A DNA stretch of 64,000 nucleotides from Felis catus (Eukaryota), in contig NC_058368.1 in NCBI RefSeq assembly GCF_018350175.1, positions 77,440,001-77,504,000 of the forward strand, in the 5' to 3' direction. Of the stretch, positions 33,943 to 47,600 are shown one piece after another (within the stretch, counting starts at the first letter, position 1; every line of letters begins with the position of its first letter). The notes under the pieces were generated by a model. That model did not search any database and was not told the DNA's origin. It saw only the letters and a program-made list of their open reading frames with translations. Position numbers and translations under genes: made by a program.

Positions 33943-36512
33943 GACAGAAAGCCCCTGCCCTCTCTCAGGGCCTGGACTACCATGCCTTCCCCAGGCGCTT
34001 CCCCCACCTCACCTACAAGGGGGATATCCGCAGATCCCTGGGGGCTGTTACCCATTAATTCACCCACTAGTCAACTGCCTACTGAGCCCTTTTGTGGGCC
34101 CTGGGGACACCGTCAGAAGCAGTGTAAATTGTGGCCCCAGTTGGGTTCACCATGAGGTGGGGAGGACGGGCCAGGCCCACGTGATGTCTTGCTCTGCAAC
34201 ACAGCAGGGTGACAAGACGTAATCACAGGGTGCTGTGGGCACAAGTATAACCCACCCAAACTTGGGGTGTCAGGGACCTCTTAAGGGGGTGACAGGTGCC
34301 AAAGGGTTAGCCAGATGAGGGCACGGAGAGGGCTGTGCCGGGCAGGGGAACGCTCTCGCTGCATGGCATCCAGAGAGCTGTGCTCCAAAGAAGAGGTGGC
34401 AAGTGAGGCTGGTGGGGGCGATGGGTCACAGGGGTCAAGTCCAGCCCTGTACTGGAGCTTAAGGACCACCTTAGGGCAGTAGGACTTTGAGAGAGGGATT
34501 GCTCTGATTGGGCACGCGGCAAGTTTCTTCCAAACCCTAACTGCACAGACCCTGTGACCCAGCAAACCCACCTCTGCCTCCTGGTACAGCATTTATCCTG
34601 CAGATGACATCACAAGTGGAGAAAAGGAGATGCTTCTTGCCAACGTGGACTTAATAACGATTAGAAATCACCTAAACGCCATCACTTCAGAACTGATTGG
34701 ATAACGACACTTCTTTAGGCCACTGCTCTCTTGCCGGTTGGAGGTGGGGGGGGCAGGGAGGGATTGGCTTAATTTTCACCCTTCAGTATCTTTCAAATAA
34801 TGTGCCATATGCATGTATTATCAATTGAAAAATAAGTAAATACAATTTATTTATTTCAAGCGTATGTAATAGCGGCTTTAGTCGCAGTGACATCAGTGTG
34901 GCCATATAGACTTTGGTCCAATTCCAATGGAGGCAGTCAGCGGAAACTCCACGTTCAAACTAAGAGAAGAAAGAGCAGTGAGGTGAGCGGGGGTGGGATG
35001 CAGTGAAAATGTCACCCGACCATCCCGGCAGATAGAGACACTGGAAGAGAAAAGACAGCTAAAGACGACTGTCGTGGCTTTGTCTCCAGCTCCTGAAAAC
35101 TGGCCTTTAAAACACACTATGTTTGGCAAAGATGTTGCTTTTATCTACTTACGTGCACACAATAATAGACCTTGGAAGAGATCAGACTCCACTGTCTTTG
35201 GTTCTGTTCAGTTCAAAATAGGACTCCACAATGTTAAATGATCTCTGTAAGAATTCGTAATGCAGTAAGAAATAGATCCTATCTCGGGACAATTATTTCT
35301 CTTGTGGTTGGAATCATTTTAATTTCTCTCACAATGTCTGTTCCCAAAGCTAGAGGAGGAAGCTGGACTTCCTGGGGCTTTCCGAGCCCACAGACACCGA
35401 GAAAGGCTGAATCATGGCAAATGTCCCAAGTCAACCCAGCTAAGCTTTTTCTTCCCCCTCTGGTGATGAAATGTACACTAAGGAGAGAATTCTAATAAAG
35501 GTTACCATGAACCCTACACATACTAGAGGGAATGAGTCTCATGGTGAAGCCAGTGTTTTGGGCCTCTCTGCCTGACTTAGGATGCTTCAAATTCAAATTA
35601 ATAAAGAGACAAGATGCCACGTTTGGGACTGGAAGACAGTGCAAGCAATAAGGTAACAAAGGCAATACAACTGTTGTCTTAAATGGCATCCTCGAAGATT
35701 TATTCTCAACGGGGCGTTGGATTCTCAACCTTTCCTTTGGGGAGGTTGAACATTAATTCCATCCGTGCTGTCTTTCCTCAATTGGACTCACTCCTGTTTT
35801 TGGAACTGACTTTAAAGCTAATTTTAAAGCTATGCTTAAAAACTGAGTTTCAATTTTTAAACGCATTTCCTCTTGTAATTATCTCCATTACTCGTGAAAT
35901 TTGGCTTTTTAAATTATATGCATATTTAAATTACACATGTGACTTGTATATATAAATTAATGACATATGATATATTATGTATAGGGCTACATGTTACACA
36001 TTTGGATAAATTTCCTAAAGCATGCTGTAGACCATGAAAATTATTTTCAAAGGAAATTTTAAAAATTATTTCGAACCATGACTGCATCATCGGTATAAAA
36101 CCGAGCTTCTAAATTATACTAATTTGAAGAAACTGCACATTGAAGATGTGTGCTGCTATTCCTTTTTTTAAAAGATTAGATATGATTACCTGATAAATTA
36201 GAAATTATGATTAACAATACCCATCTCATCTGGTAATTTCAAGCCAAATCATAAAAATAAAGCCCACAAGAATCAAGATTGAGAAAAATTGGTTCACTTT
36301 CCTTTCTAAAATTATCTAATGCATTATTTCTTCAGGGGACACAAACATGCACTTATGGCCAAACCCCCAGAAGAAGGTCGTTTAGATTGCAATTTTATTT
36401 ATGCAAACATTTCAGACGGTGGGTCTTTGTCATGACCCTTCACCCTAATACGTGTGCATGTTTGTATGTACACAATCTAAAAATCTTGCTTAATCTGAAA
36501 AAGCTAGCCATC

Positions 36513-36733
36513 AGGGCACCTGGGTGGCTCAGTTAAGCATCCGACTTCGGCTCAGGTCATGATCTTGCGGTTCGTGGGTTGCAGCCCCGCATCAGGTTCT
36601 GTGCTGACAGCTCGGAGCCTGGAGCCTGCTTCAGATTCTGTGTCTCCTCTCTCTCTCAGCCCCTCCCCTGCTCACACTCTGTCCTTTTCTCTCCCCCAAA
36701 CATTTAAACATTAAAACATTTAAAAGAAAAAAA
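36513..36733 (+). mobile_element. Can-SINE
   Basis: Full body; TSD AAAAGCTAGCCATC. Confidence 0.94.
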
Positions 36734-39050
36734 AAAAGCTAGCCATCTAAACACCTTTTCCAGAGAACAGAGCATGACAGTTCTCTTTTCCTTAACCAGA
36801 AAAAAACGGTCTGGGTAGAGAATCCTCGTAATGCTCATTTTTAATGCGGTATGTGATGTAGTGAAGCCAGGACGAGAAGACAGTGTTGCACAGACTGGGA
36901 GTTGTAATCCGTCTTCTCTGTCCCCATGGACTGGCTTTTTCCAGCTGTTTTGCGGTAAGGAAACAAGAGCTTACCGGCTGATCCCAGGATAGACTGACTG
37001 GTCATTTCCTGTTGTACCAGTAACACAAACACTGGACTAATAGCCAGGGAATATGGATCTCTTCTTGTTCTGGAATAACAGCGTTCTTTTCGGGGGAAGC
37101 CTCTGTATAACCCTCTGTACAAGCCACACGAGACCGTGTGACGGCTGTCATTCAGGCTGGTTCTACAATTGACCGGCTCCATGATCCTGTGAGGGCATCG
37201 CAATGCCTAAAGCAACTCAATATCCAGAACAGCTACAAGGAGGGTATAAACAATTCAGAGATGTCTAACCGAAGACGAAGCAGACCCGCACCTTCATTAA
37301 ACAGGATTTCACCTGTTCTGGGAAGTCCCGACCCTTCTGAAACTGAAGTTCCAGAATCAGAATTCTTCCCTTGCTCTCACACCATCTGGAAGCACTTCTG
37401 AGTGTTGTCAGTCACAAAGAGGGCCGGGGAATCTGGGTAAGGATGTATATGTCATCCCCTTCTGACTCGAGAGAAAAATCTCTGACGTTTTGATTCAACT
37501 TCTGCCTAAGCCCAGAGTAACCAGCTCGCCGTCCGGGGGCCCGGTGCTGCCCCTCCATTAAGGGGGCGCTGAACAGTTCTGGCTTGAGCAAAGGGAGGCC
37601 GTCCAGCCTGGGGGTTCGGAGAAGACAGACACAGCTGTCCGCTACAGGAAGCGTCACTTGCGCTGCAGGTGAACAGGCAACTGTGGGCCGATGTTGCTAG
37701 CATCCTCCCTGCCATCCAAGAGGCCAGCTTTCTGCTCGGTCCATCTGCAATGCTCGCTTACCTGATGACCCGTCAGGAAATGCCCACAGGTTTGGCCCTT
37801 GATGGTTCTCTGAGGCAGTAAGGTCCAAGCTCACTGCGATCCAGGCTGTGCACTTCTTAGGGCTGGTTCCTCAACTTTTCCCGACCTAATCCTTTCTAGT
37901 CCTCTGAGATCAGGCCAGGCAACACAGATGGAGGAACCCGGAAGGACACCTTGAACCCTGTTAGAATTCCCCCAAAGTTTGTCTTGGTACACAGGTTTGC
38001 CAAGGGTATGATCACCCTTATCAGCAGAGCTGGAGCTAGATGGGTTCACCCACCAGTTCCTTCTGGGATCACCCAGGAGCCCAGTGTCTTTCTGCCCCAA
38101 CACGACCGAGTGTGGACTCTTCTTCATTCTGCTCTGGACTCTTGGCACTGGGCTCTCCCGCATGTGCCGTAATGGACCAGAGTTGGTCCCCATTAAACTC
38201 CGGATTCTGTTAGCCACTTGCAGAGACCAGGAATTGGAAGCCTTCGGGAGGGCATGACTTTCCAAAATCACAGTTATGGTCAGAATCCAGGCATCTTAAC
38301 TGTTATTCAGCACTTGTTCCCTGCACTATCCCCTTGGTCAAGGCAAACCTGAGCTGTTGGGAATCCATTGGAGTGGGATCGGGAAAAACAGCCTTGAGGA
38401 TGAAGACCTGAACTTGGATCTGAATACCTGAGTTGAATAAGCCTCAAAAAGCGTAGTATTTTAATGGAAGAAGGCGTCCCAAACACACAAAGTCACTACA
38501 TTCTACTTAGGTAATTTTTTGAATAACCCAATTTCATATTTCCTTATTTTATTCTAGTCATGACATGTCCCTTCACATTCCTCTTTTGGCCTGAGTCTTT
38601 ATACATTTATTAGGAGTTGTCGTGTGACATTAAATGGCACTATAACCTAAGTGCCAATAAGTCATTCTTTTCTCAGAATTTGTCCTCCACCACGTTCTAA
38701 AAAATAGTGAAACACCCACACGCTGAAGAAAATACAGAAATTTAAAATAGCATAGGTGTGCAAATGAAAAGCTATAGGTAGCAGATTTTTCTACGAAAAT
38801 GCTCCTCCTTTAATGAGAAGATCTTGTATGTTGCTGAAAAACATTTTTTTATCAGCTCCTAGTCATGTCAGAACTGGATTTTGGAAATAATCTTTCCCAG
38901 TTGTGAATGCTCTCATGTGGGTTATAAGACAGGAGACATTAAAAAATTCCTCTCTAATTTGAACAATATGCATATCAAAGTATTTTCTTCCACTGCCCCT
39001 TCCCCACCCCCCCTGCCCCCCAGCAGTCTCTCCTGGCCACCACCTCCTTC

Positions 39051-39084
39051 TGCAGTAGCCCAGTCTCGCCACCAGGGGGCGCCC
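39051..39084 (+). promoter_or_regulatory. CTCF site, core plus upstream motif
   Basis: TGCAGTAGCC-N5-TCGCCACCAGGGGGCGCCC; CCACCAGGGGGCGC equals the consensus core. Confidence 0.8.
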
Positions 39085-41587
39085 GTTCTCCATCACTTCT
39101 AATCAGCCCTGTCACCAGCACCAACAACAGCAGCCCACCGCCTTCCCCCCAGAGACAGAAACATAACCTTATTCTTGTCACAGCCAAGAGAATGAAATGC
39201 AGAATTTACACAGATTTCTCAAAATATGTTTTATCTCCATTGTCAGTAACCCCCAGCAGACCAACTTTACTTTTTCTTCCCCGTTCACTAATTTATGAAA
39301 AATACCGCAGCAAATCTTGTCGACTCTATTTTATCTATCAATCAAGTGGTAATTTTCATGTTTGTTACCATAGCACCCACAGCCTGTGAGCTTCTGCTAC
39401 TTCTGTTTTCCTAATGTTGGTTCACTGTTACAGGTAAGCAATCAAGGATCTCTCTTGGGGATTCTAGAACAAGGCGAGGGAGGGTGCAGAGGGGAAACCC
39501 GCATAATTATCACAGTGATGGGTTGACATCCAGAATCTGCGAACGACTCCACCCTTGCACTCTGAAGAGGAAGAAGCCGGGTTTCTAAAATAGCAGCGCA
39601 TTATGCGAGCTGAGCTTGGGAACTGGGCCCACCTTGAGAAGTTTTAGCTCAATAAATGCCTCCCAGTAAAAGACAGGTTTCACCCTTGACAGCACCTCAG
39701 AATTTCTCCCCAATTAATTTTTCAAATACCCCTTCAGTGATGTGCCACTTTTATTCTTTAACAGAAAAAAAAAAAAAAAACAAAACAACCAAGAGCGATC
39801 TCAGGCAAAGTGTCCTGCCTTCATTTCCTAAAACAGAATCGGAATGAAACATACAAGGAGGAACCCTTCTTGTCATCTACGTTTGTGGTTTGACCTTTGG
39901 TCATGACCTTCTGTAGCATCCTCAATCAAAGACGCTGAACAGCAGCAGGCACGCATTGTCTGAGAGTCTGCTTTCTTTCATAAGTGATGGGCTTACTAAG
40001 GATCACAGACACATGGAGTAGCAGGTGATCGAGACATAAACATTGAATACATTCAAATTTACGAGATGGGTAAGTCACAAAAGCCACATAAAGCAGGAGG
40101 TGCTAAATCCTGAACCTAATAACTGTTACCAAAACTTGCACCCAAACTGAACCGAAGGGCTGAGAGGCCCTTTTGGGGCAGATGACAGGAATCTTGGGTG
40201 TCAGCAGATAGGTAATAATAGCACATAGGAGAGGAGGAACTGGGTGTCCTGTAAGCCCACATCCCTAAATGGCTGGGTGCGGGGGACTCTCAGGAAAAGG
40301 CATCACAACACCACTGCTTTGTTACCATGGAGAGGAACCTTGAACAAAATTGATTCACTCGGACAGCATCTGGCAACAAGCCATACAGGGGGATGTGCTT
40401 CCTGAACACTTTTTTGAGGTTGACTCTAGGGGGGATCGCTATTCTTCTGGAATTTGTGAATTGGATTTATTTCCAATAGGAGGGAAACCTCTATAATTAA
40501 ATATGTTGAATTTGAAGGAAACTCCATCTATTCATTCAACTATTGATGATAAATGATTATATTTTTCACTATATAGAATGGAAAAAAAACCCTTAAGTTA
40601 AGGCAACAATGAGGAATGACTGAAGGCAAGATTAAGACCAACCTCTTGGCTAATTCCTTCTAACAGAACTGTGTTCAGTGATTGTCATTCTACCTATTTC
40701 AATAAGGAAGGGGCTCAGCAAGCCTACTGCTACTTGTGAGCATGTAAAGTGGCTGTGAGCCCGCCATCCCAGTTGGCCTCAGGTTATCTGCAGCCAACCG
40801 GGAAGCTGGAAAAAAAATATTCCTATTTGTCTACTCTATTTAGTCTAATTCTGCCTGAGTACAGAAGACACTGCATTCAAAATGCATAAAGACACTTGAG
40901 ATGACTCTCATTCATGCCATCTAAAAGGTGAGTTATTTGGATCTCCATGCCCATCTGCAAGAGATGAGCCACCAAAAATTGTATGACAATGTTCGAGAAT
41001 AAATGCAATACATATAAAGGTCTTACTAGTTTCTCTAGAAGTGGGTCAAGCCACTTGGCTCCATAGGTTTGACCAGTGGCCCCCGGGAGCTGTTCTCTGA
41101 GTTAACTTCTTCGCAGAACATGCTATTTTGGGGGATCGTGGTTTGGAACGATTCTCAGTAGTGACAAGTCAGCAAGTGACAGCATCAGTATCTCTCTTGT
41201 TCAGGTCCAGTAGCAAATTTCCACGGACATCTGAGGGGGAATGGTGACTGCTAGTTACCAAGAGAGAGAAGAATTCTTCAAGAAGGCCTGGGTCACACCT
41301 ACAAACAAAACAGTTTGTAGAACTTCAAGGTAAAATGCCTTCAGAATTTATCCTGCACATTTCTGAGAAGTTGAATGATGAAAGGAACAAACAAAGCCCA
41401 ACTGAGTGGTGAATGAAGAGTTAGGTTCTGGGTATTCAGTGATGGCGTTCTCCCAGAAATCTATGGTCCGTGGCATTTTCTCGGACCCAATGACATACTT
41501 CCCTTTTCCTGTCTCTTTCCTGCGGTGATGTAGCTATGACTATGAAAAGGCTGAATTTCCAAAACTCAAAGGCAATGAAGAATACAA

Positions 41588-41985
41588 GGTAGAAGACAAA
41601 TACCATAGGATTTCACTTAGATGTGGAATCTAAAACCCCAACCAACCAAACAAACGAACAAAAGCAGAAACAGACCCATAAATACAAGGAGTAAACCGAT
41701 GGTTGCCAGAGGGCAAGGGTGTGTGTTGGCGGGGAGGGCACGAACAAAATGGGGGAGGGAGAGTGGGAGGTATGGACTTCGAGTTACGGAATGAATAAGT
41801 CGCAGAGATAAAAGGCACAGCGTAGGAATATGGTCAAGGACACTGTAATAGTGTTGCCTGGTGACGGATGGTTAGCTGCTCTTGTGGTGAGCACAGCATA
41901 ATCTATCAACTCATCGAATCACTATGCTGTATACCTGAAACTAACATAATATTGTGTATCAACTATACTTCAATTAAAAAAATAT
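41588..41985 (+). mobile_element. L1 3' UTR fragment (L1MA9/L1_Carn-like)
   Basis: GACAAATACCATAGGATTTCACTT...GGTTGCCAGAGGG...GAATCACTATGCTGTATACCTGAAACTAA...CAACTATACTTCAATTAAAAAA. Confidence 0.9.
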
Positions 41986-42159
41986 ATATATAGGGGACTT
42001 CCTGCTTGTGTTCTGCAGAAAGAGATTATATCCCATCTTTAGCTTTCGGATGGCCTTGAAAGTGTACAAGGAAAAGGGATGAATACTCAAACTGGTATCA
42101 GATCCACACACACGGATTAAAGGCTAAGAACAGAAGAGAAAGACAACTACCTGGTCCTT

Positions 42160-42335
42160 CATTTGAGATTGTTGTCTATTTTGAGAATCTGGTGAAAACT
42201 ACCGACCTTCTCTGGGAAAAAAAAAATCTATATGCATGTGACTGAACTAACATACAGCCTTTATATAAAATGCCACGAGTTACTCTGAAGTCCCTAAAAT
42301 CATAGACACCTAATCGACCACAGAGTCAAGAGCTG
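42160..42335 (+). mobile_element. hAT-Charlie non-autonomous element (MER103-like)
   Basis: TTTGAGAATCTGGTGAAAACTACCGACCTTCTCTGGGAAAA resembles the recalled MER103C consensus. Confidence 0.55.
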
Positions 42336-42442
42336 AAAACTTTATCTTGATGACCATTTATGGAAAGTTTTCTGTGGATGTCAAGTAAATTAATAGCCTG
42401 TGTCTGGTGAATTTTGGCTCAATTAAAGGGAGATGATACTAA

Positions 42443-42582
42443 TTTCCTTCTTTCCTTCTCCTTCCCTTCCCTTCCCTTCCCTTCCCTTCCCTTCCCTTCC
42501 CTTCCTTCCTTCTCTCCCTCCCTCCCTCCCTCTCTCCCTCCCCTTTCATTTTCTGTCTCTTTCTCTCTCCCTCTCTCTCTGT
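42443..42582. repeat. (CCCTT)n/(CCCT)n pyrimidine tract
   Basis: Seen directly. Confidence 0.9.
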
Positions 42583-43471
42583 CTTCCCATCAGAGAGGAG
42601 CTGGGAAAATGGTCTCAAGCATTCAATCAGTGAATAACAAAAATGATTGGTAAATGCATTTACATTCTACAGATCACTTTCTTATGTACAACGGCTATTG
42701 CCTATTGAAGACATATTTTGTGCTTCTCTCTTATCCATAACCCTCATAGCAAACGTGCCTGGGGGTGTTTGCTATTGCTAATTTGCTAACGAGGAGCCAC
42801 CCAATGGCTCAGAGACAATGCATACAAATAGGACGAAAGGCCCTATCTCACAACCTTCCCTTAGATGTTCTTCCCACTGGACTGGGAAGCACAGGAAATA
42901 CTCATCCAGTTTTTCAGGGAGAAATTTGGTTGACTGTCTCTTGATAGCTTATCGCCTAGACTTCGAACAGAATGGCTAGTGGACAGGAATGTGAATATGT
43001 GATCTGGAAATAATTTGATCAACTCTCATGCCGAGCATCTCCATATGTCACTGTGTTGTAGAAGGGTTTCATAAGGTCTAATAGAAGGAGGAAGGAGCTT
43101 TTCACATGTCTGGACACGTACCGTGGAGTTTTATCCTCAAAACTTGAAAACTAACCCTGCCTCCATGGAAGCCATCTAGTGACAAGGACATGTGTAGCAC
43201 TTTTTGTGCCAAGATAATGCTCTATCACATCACCGTGGCAAAGTGTCTGGTTCTCACGTGTCTACTCGCCATTTATTTAAAATAAAAGCACAAAACAATT
43301 TACTCTTATCCTTAACCGTCTTATTCTGTGTCTAAATTATGTAATGCTTATAAATACCCAGAAATTGAATGCTGATATTGTTGTTTGGCCCAGCCTGAAT
43401 GATTTGCTGAAAGAAGTAAACACTATTAATGGGGAAGAGGAGTTAAAATTGTATCTAGCCTCTATTGTGCG

Positions 43472-43494
43472 TCTCTCTCTCTCTCTCTCTCTCG

Positions 43495-43537
<43 letters not shown>
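43472..43537. repeat. Compound (CT)n(CA)n microsatellite
   Basis: Seen directly. Confidence 0.92.
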
Positions 43538-43539
<2 letters not shown>

Positions 43540-43900
43540 ATAACTCAGGTAGCCAGTTTTTTATGGTCTTGACACTCATTGAAGATAAAGTAACATAAAC
43601 CTTCTCAGAAAATACACGTGGAGACGTGAACATGTTACCGATCTGAAGAAGCAGCGAAATTTTACTGGCCTGGTCACATCATCTGTTCTCAGGTAACGCA
43701 AAGCTCCAGGCAGAATCCAACCACTCTAAGTCAAGTTGAAGCCTGTCTCATGATTGCTAACATGTTCCCCTCAGGAGTATCCTTTTGCAAGGTAAATGAC
43801 CGTGGGTCACCGGTCCCCTATCGATACGTGATCTTTCCCAACCAAGTTCGTTCAGGGCTTCGATGAAGGAAAGTGTGGAAAACTACCAGGCATGTCTTCA

Positions 43901-44305
<405 letters not shown>

Positions 44306-44493
44306 TTACACAACGCTAGCTGCAAGTGATAGCAAGGTAGCCACAGAAGTCTGCAACAGAGCCAAACGTGATTGGATCGAGCCTTTCCGAGACTATGCAA
44401 AAGGTCACACGGCGTTTGGTTTGACGAAGCTCGTCTGAAAAATAGTGGCGTTCATCAGAACCTGAAGTTTCAAAGTCCAGGGATACAGAAAGT

Positions 44494-44525
44494 AAACAAA
44501 CAAACAAACAAACAAACAAACAAAA
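44494..44525. repeat. (AAAC)n microsatellite
   Basis: Seen directly. Confidence 0.9.
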
Positions 44526-44590
44526 ACCAAAAAACCCTAATAGACTGCAACGTTCGACTGAGCAGGAGACCCCTCCAGCTATGCTCCCAA

Positions 44591-44609
44591 TGGGCACTAG
44601 ATGGCGCTG
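44591..44609 (+). promoter_or_regulatory. CTCF motif
   Basis: TGGGCACTAGATGGCGCTG, close to consensus CCACYAGRKGGCRC. Confidence 0.65.
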
Positions 44610-47600
44610 TGGCCTCTGCAACCAGGGCCACCAGCGAGCGCTTCCACTCCAGACGCACAAAAGTAGCCGTGGGCAATTACATTCATGACTCACATCAAGT
44701 GCATTAAAAACCTCATCGTCCCAAAGCCCGGAAACACCCCACCTAGGTCAGCCCTGGCATGTGTTGGCGTTGCAGTGCATGTGAACCACAGCTTGGACCA
44801 TCTATGCGGATATATGTCAGGTATTCAGTTCACGTAATGAGATGTGAAATGAGTATGACTTCATTTACCTCTTTGTTTTCGACAGCTAGTCAGGAAAATA
44901 AATATTGAAAAAAAAAATGCCCCTTCCTTGCCTAAGGAAACAGGGCGCAACCTCAATCCAAATAAAACGATGACGAAAGCACCCATCTACAGTAGAGGTT
45001 GCTGGGAAGCAGGTGTTTCCCAGATCCTTGGCATGGGGGGCTGCTGTCTGTCTGTCTCTAGGGTTAATAATAGTCGGGTAAGATTTTGTCAACTATGCCT
45101 TCCCTCGAAACGTGAATGGTTGACAGTTAGACGTATACTAAGAGATAAGAGATCATAAACATTTGACAATAGTAGCAAGAACTGTACATAGTATTTATCA
45201 ACTTTGGTTGATATACTCTGTTCTAAGCGTGTCACATACTTTTTTCTCCCTGTAACGCTCAGCGCACGCTTCGAAGGTAACGACCAGTCACGCTTTGCGT
45301 ACAAATCATAATTCGTAATGGAAGTAAATTTAAAAATCCAGAATTCGATGCTCTGCTTAATCTGAAAATGTTTGTTTCAAAAAGAACTTGTAAAACCACG
45401 AGGGAGTTTGTGAATCCACCTGACATCAGCACCAAATTGCGTGTGGCTGGCCAGTGTCTGTTTGGTATTGGAATGTTATTCATCACTTTCTGTTGCTTTG
45501 ATCAAAATGAAACTTTAGTCTTTGATCGAAGGGGCCTCAGTGGGGGTAAAATGGAATGAATGTGAAATTCAGATTTAAGGTTAGACCGCTAAGAGTAATT
45601 TATTCGCTGTCATCAGCAATTCATTTATAAGGGTTTATAAAACTTGATAGGAAAATACATAAATAATTGGCACTCTCATAGGTCTTTTGAACAGGTCTTA
45701 ACATAAAAGTGTACATTAGAAAAAAGTGCTACAAATAGCTAAGGGAACCCCTACGGTTTCTTAGATCTCAATGCAGAGACAACGGGAAGGGGGGTGGGAA
45801 TGAGAGGCAAGGGGGCAGAGGTGACAGTGCCCTCATGCTGTCAGAAAGAGGTCAAAAGTACGAGTTTCAGAAGAAAGAAAAGTAACGTGGCTTCCCAACC
45901 ATGCTTCGGGGGCAATGCAGATTGTTTTTCAAAATACATTGGTATTTGTGCAATATAACATAATATGTAATATGATATAAGACATTTATGACATAAACCA
46001 AGCTGTACTCTAGGAATGGCAGTGTCTGTCTTATGATTCCTGGTTTTAATTTCCTTTTCTCAGTACCAGGGGAAGTTGAGTACGTCTACAGTTCCAACAA
46101 CAATACAATTCCATGATAAGCAATGTTCACATTCTGCATATTTCTGGGGTTGTAAAAGAAGCAGAGTGACCTCTTCGCTCTTAGGGAATACCGCTACACG
46201 ATTTCAGAAAGTTGCACACATTCTTATGGGCCAGAGTCTCCTCTCCATTCCGCCTCCTACTTTGCTATTGCACAGCTCTTCAAATTAAAGTGGTTCCTGA
46301 ATAGCAAGTCATATCCTGTACCTGGTCAGCCCCACCTTAGGCAAGACCCTGTCCCCTCTCACAGACAATGGGGTATCACAGATCGAAGCCTCTCGGGAAA
46401 TATACACATTCTCCTTGCAATCAAACTCCTTAGCATCACCCAACTGGAATGGATCCATTTTTCTTCTGGTTCCTTCCATGCTGTTTCAGCTATATTTCTT
46501 TGGCAGATTTTTTTTTTTTTTTTACTTAAAGACCTAGAAAGTAAAGCACTTTTTATAAAGATCAGGTTGTAAGCTATGGACAAATGTGCAAAGGGCTCTG
46601 GACCTTCTACGGAGCGATAACAACCTCTCCAGCCGGGTTTCCATGCATCATTAGTTCTTATTAACCAACTCTGAGACTTTCCAAATGCAATGGAAGGTTC
46701 ATCACCTGAGCCTTCCACATCTTCCCAAATTTTGGTTCAGGGGATACGATACGTCAGAAAGCAATCGGGGAACAGAAGCATCGTGGGCAGAAAAAGAAAG
46801 GGGAGGCCTTTGCTGTTGACTTTGAGGGCATTGCTACTGTGTGCTCATGGCCAATGGTTTTCTAAGTGTGAAATCAGAAGACACAGACCAAGGGAAGGCA
46901 GACAAGTACATGCTGGCGTGGGCTGAAGAGCTTTCTTGCCAGAAGAGAAGAAATACAACGGGCTGTCTTGTGAGGCATGAGTTGTCTGTAACCAGGAACA
47001 TGTGAGCCGGAGTTGAGTTAGCTCCCGCCAGTGTGCTGTGATTCTCGGGGGACAGTGCGAGAAGTAAGAGACTCTGAGATACCTGTCAGTGCCTTTTTAG
47101 AAGTCTTTGAGGAAGAGAGGCTGAGAAAGTTAGATGGTTTTCAGTGGCACAAAGCTAAAGAAACAAGATGGTTAATTTGTTAAAATACGGAAGGATTCTC
47201 ACACAGAAGCACCTGATAAAGAGTAAATGAAGTTGTCTCTTTTTATACAAACTCTGCAGTATAAAGAAGGCCAGCAATCTTTTCTTATGATGGCCTCGCC
47301 TTCTCCTCTGGAGAGAAGCATTAGGTAATCGCTTTTCTAGATGTCACTAAATAGAAGAAATGATTATATGAGGCTGAACAATAATTTGGGAAAGAAAACC
47401 AGTGGTTGGAGTACATCCACCCACACCCCTCCTTGAGGGCATGGGCTCTTTTGTGTCTGGAGAGCACTGTTTGCCAGGTACCTATGCTCATGAAGGACAG
47501 AGCAAATGACCTCCTCACCCACACGCTCACTTCCGCCCCGTGCCCCGTGGAAATGACCACTGACTGTACAGAAACCTTGCTTGGCAGCTGCCCACTGTTC

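Noticed and set aside
36841..38271. 120-aa and 146-aa minus-strand ORFs
   Set aside because: No domain-like features and no resemblance to viral or transposon proteins that I can recognise.
39840..41400. Possible ancient ERV or endogenous viral element
   Set aside because: No ORF or motif (gag, pol, env, LTR ends) that I can identify; needs Dfam and tBLASTx.
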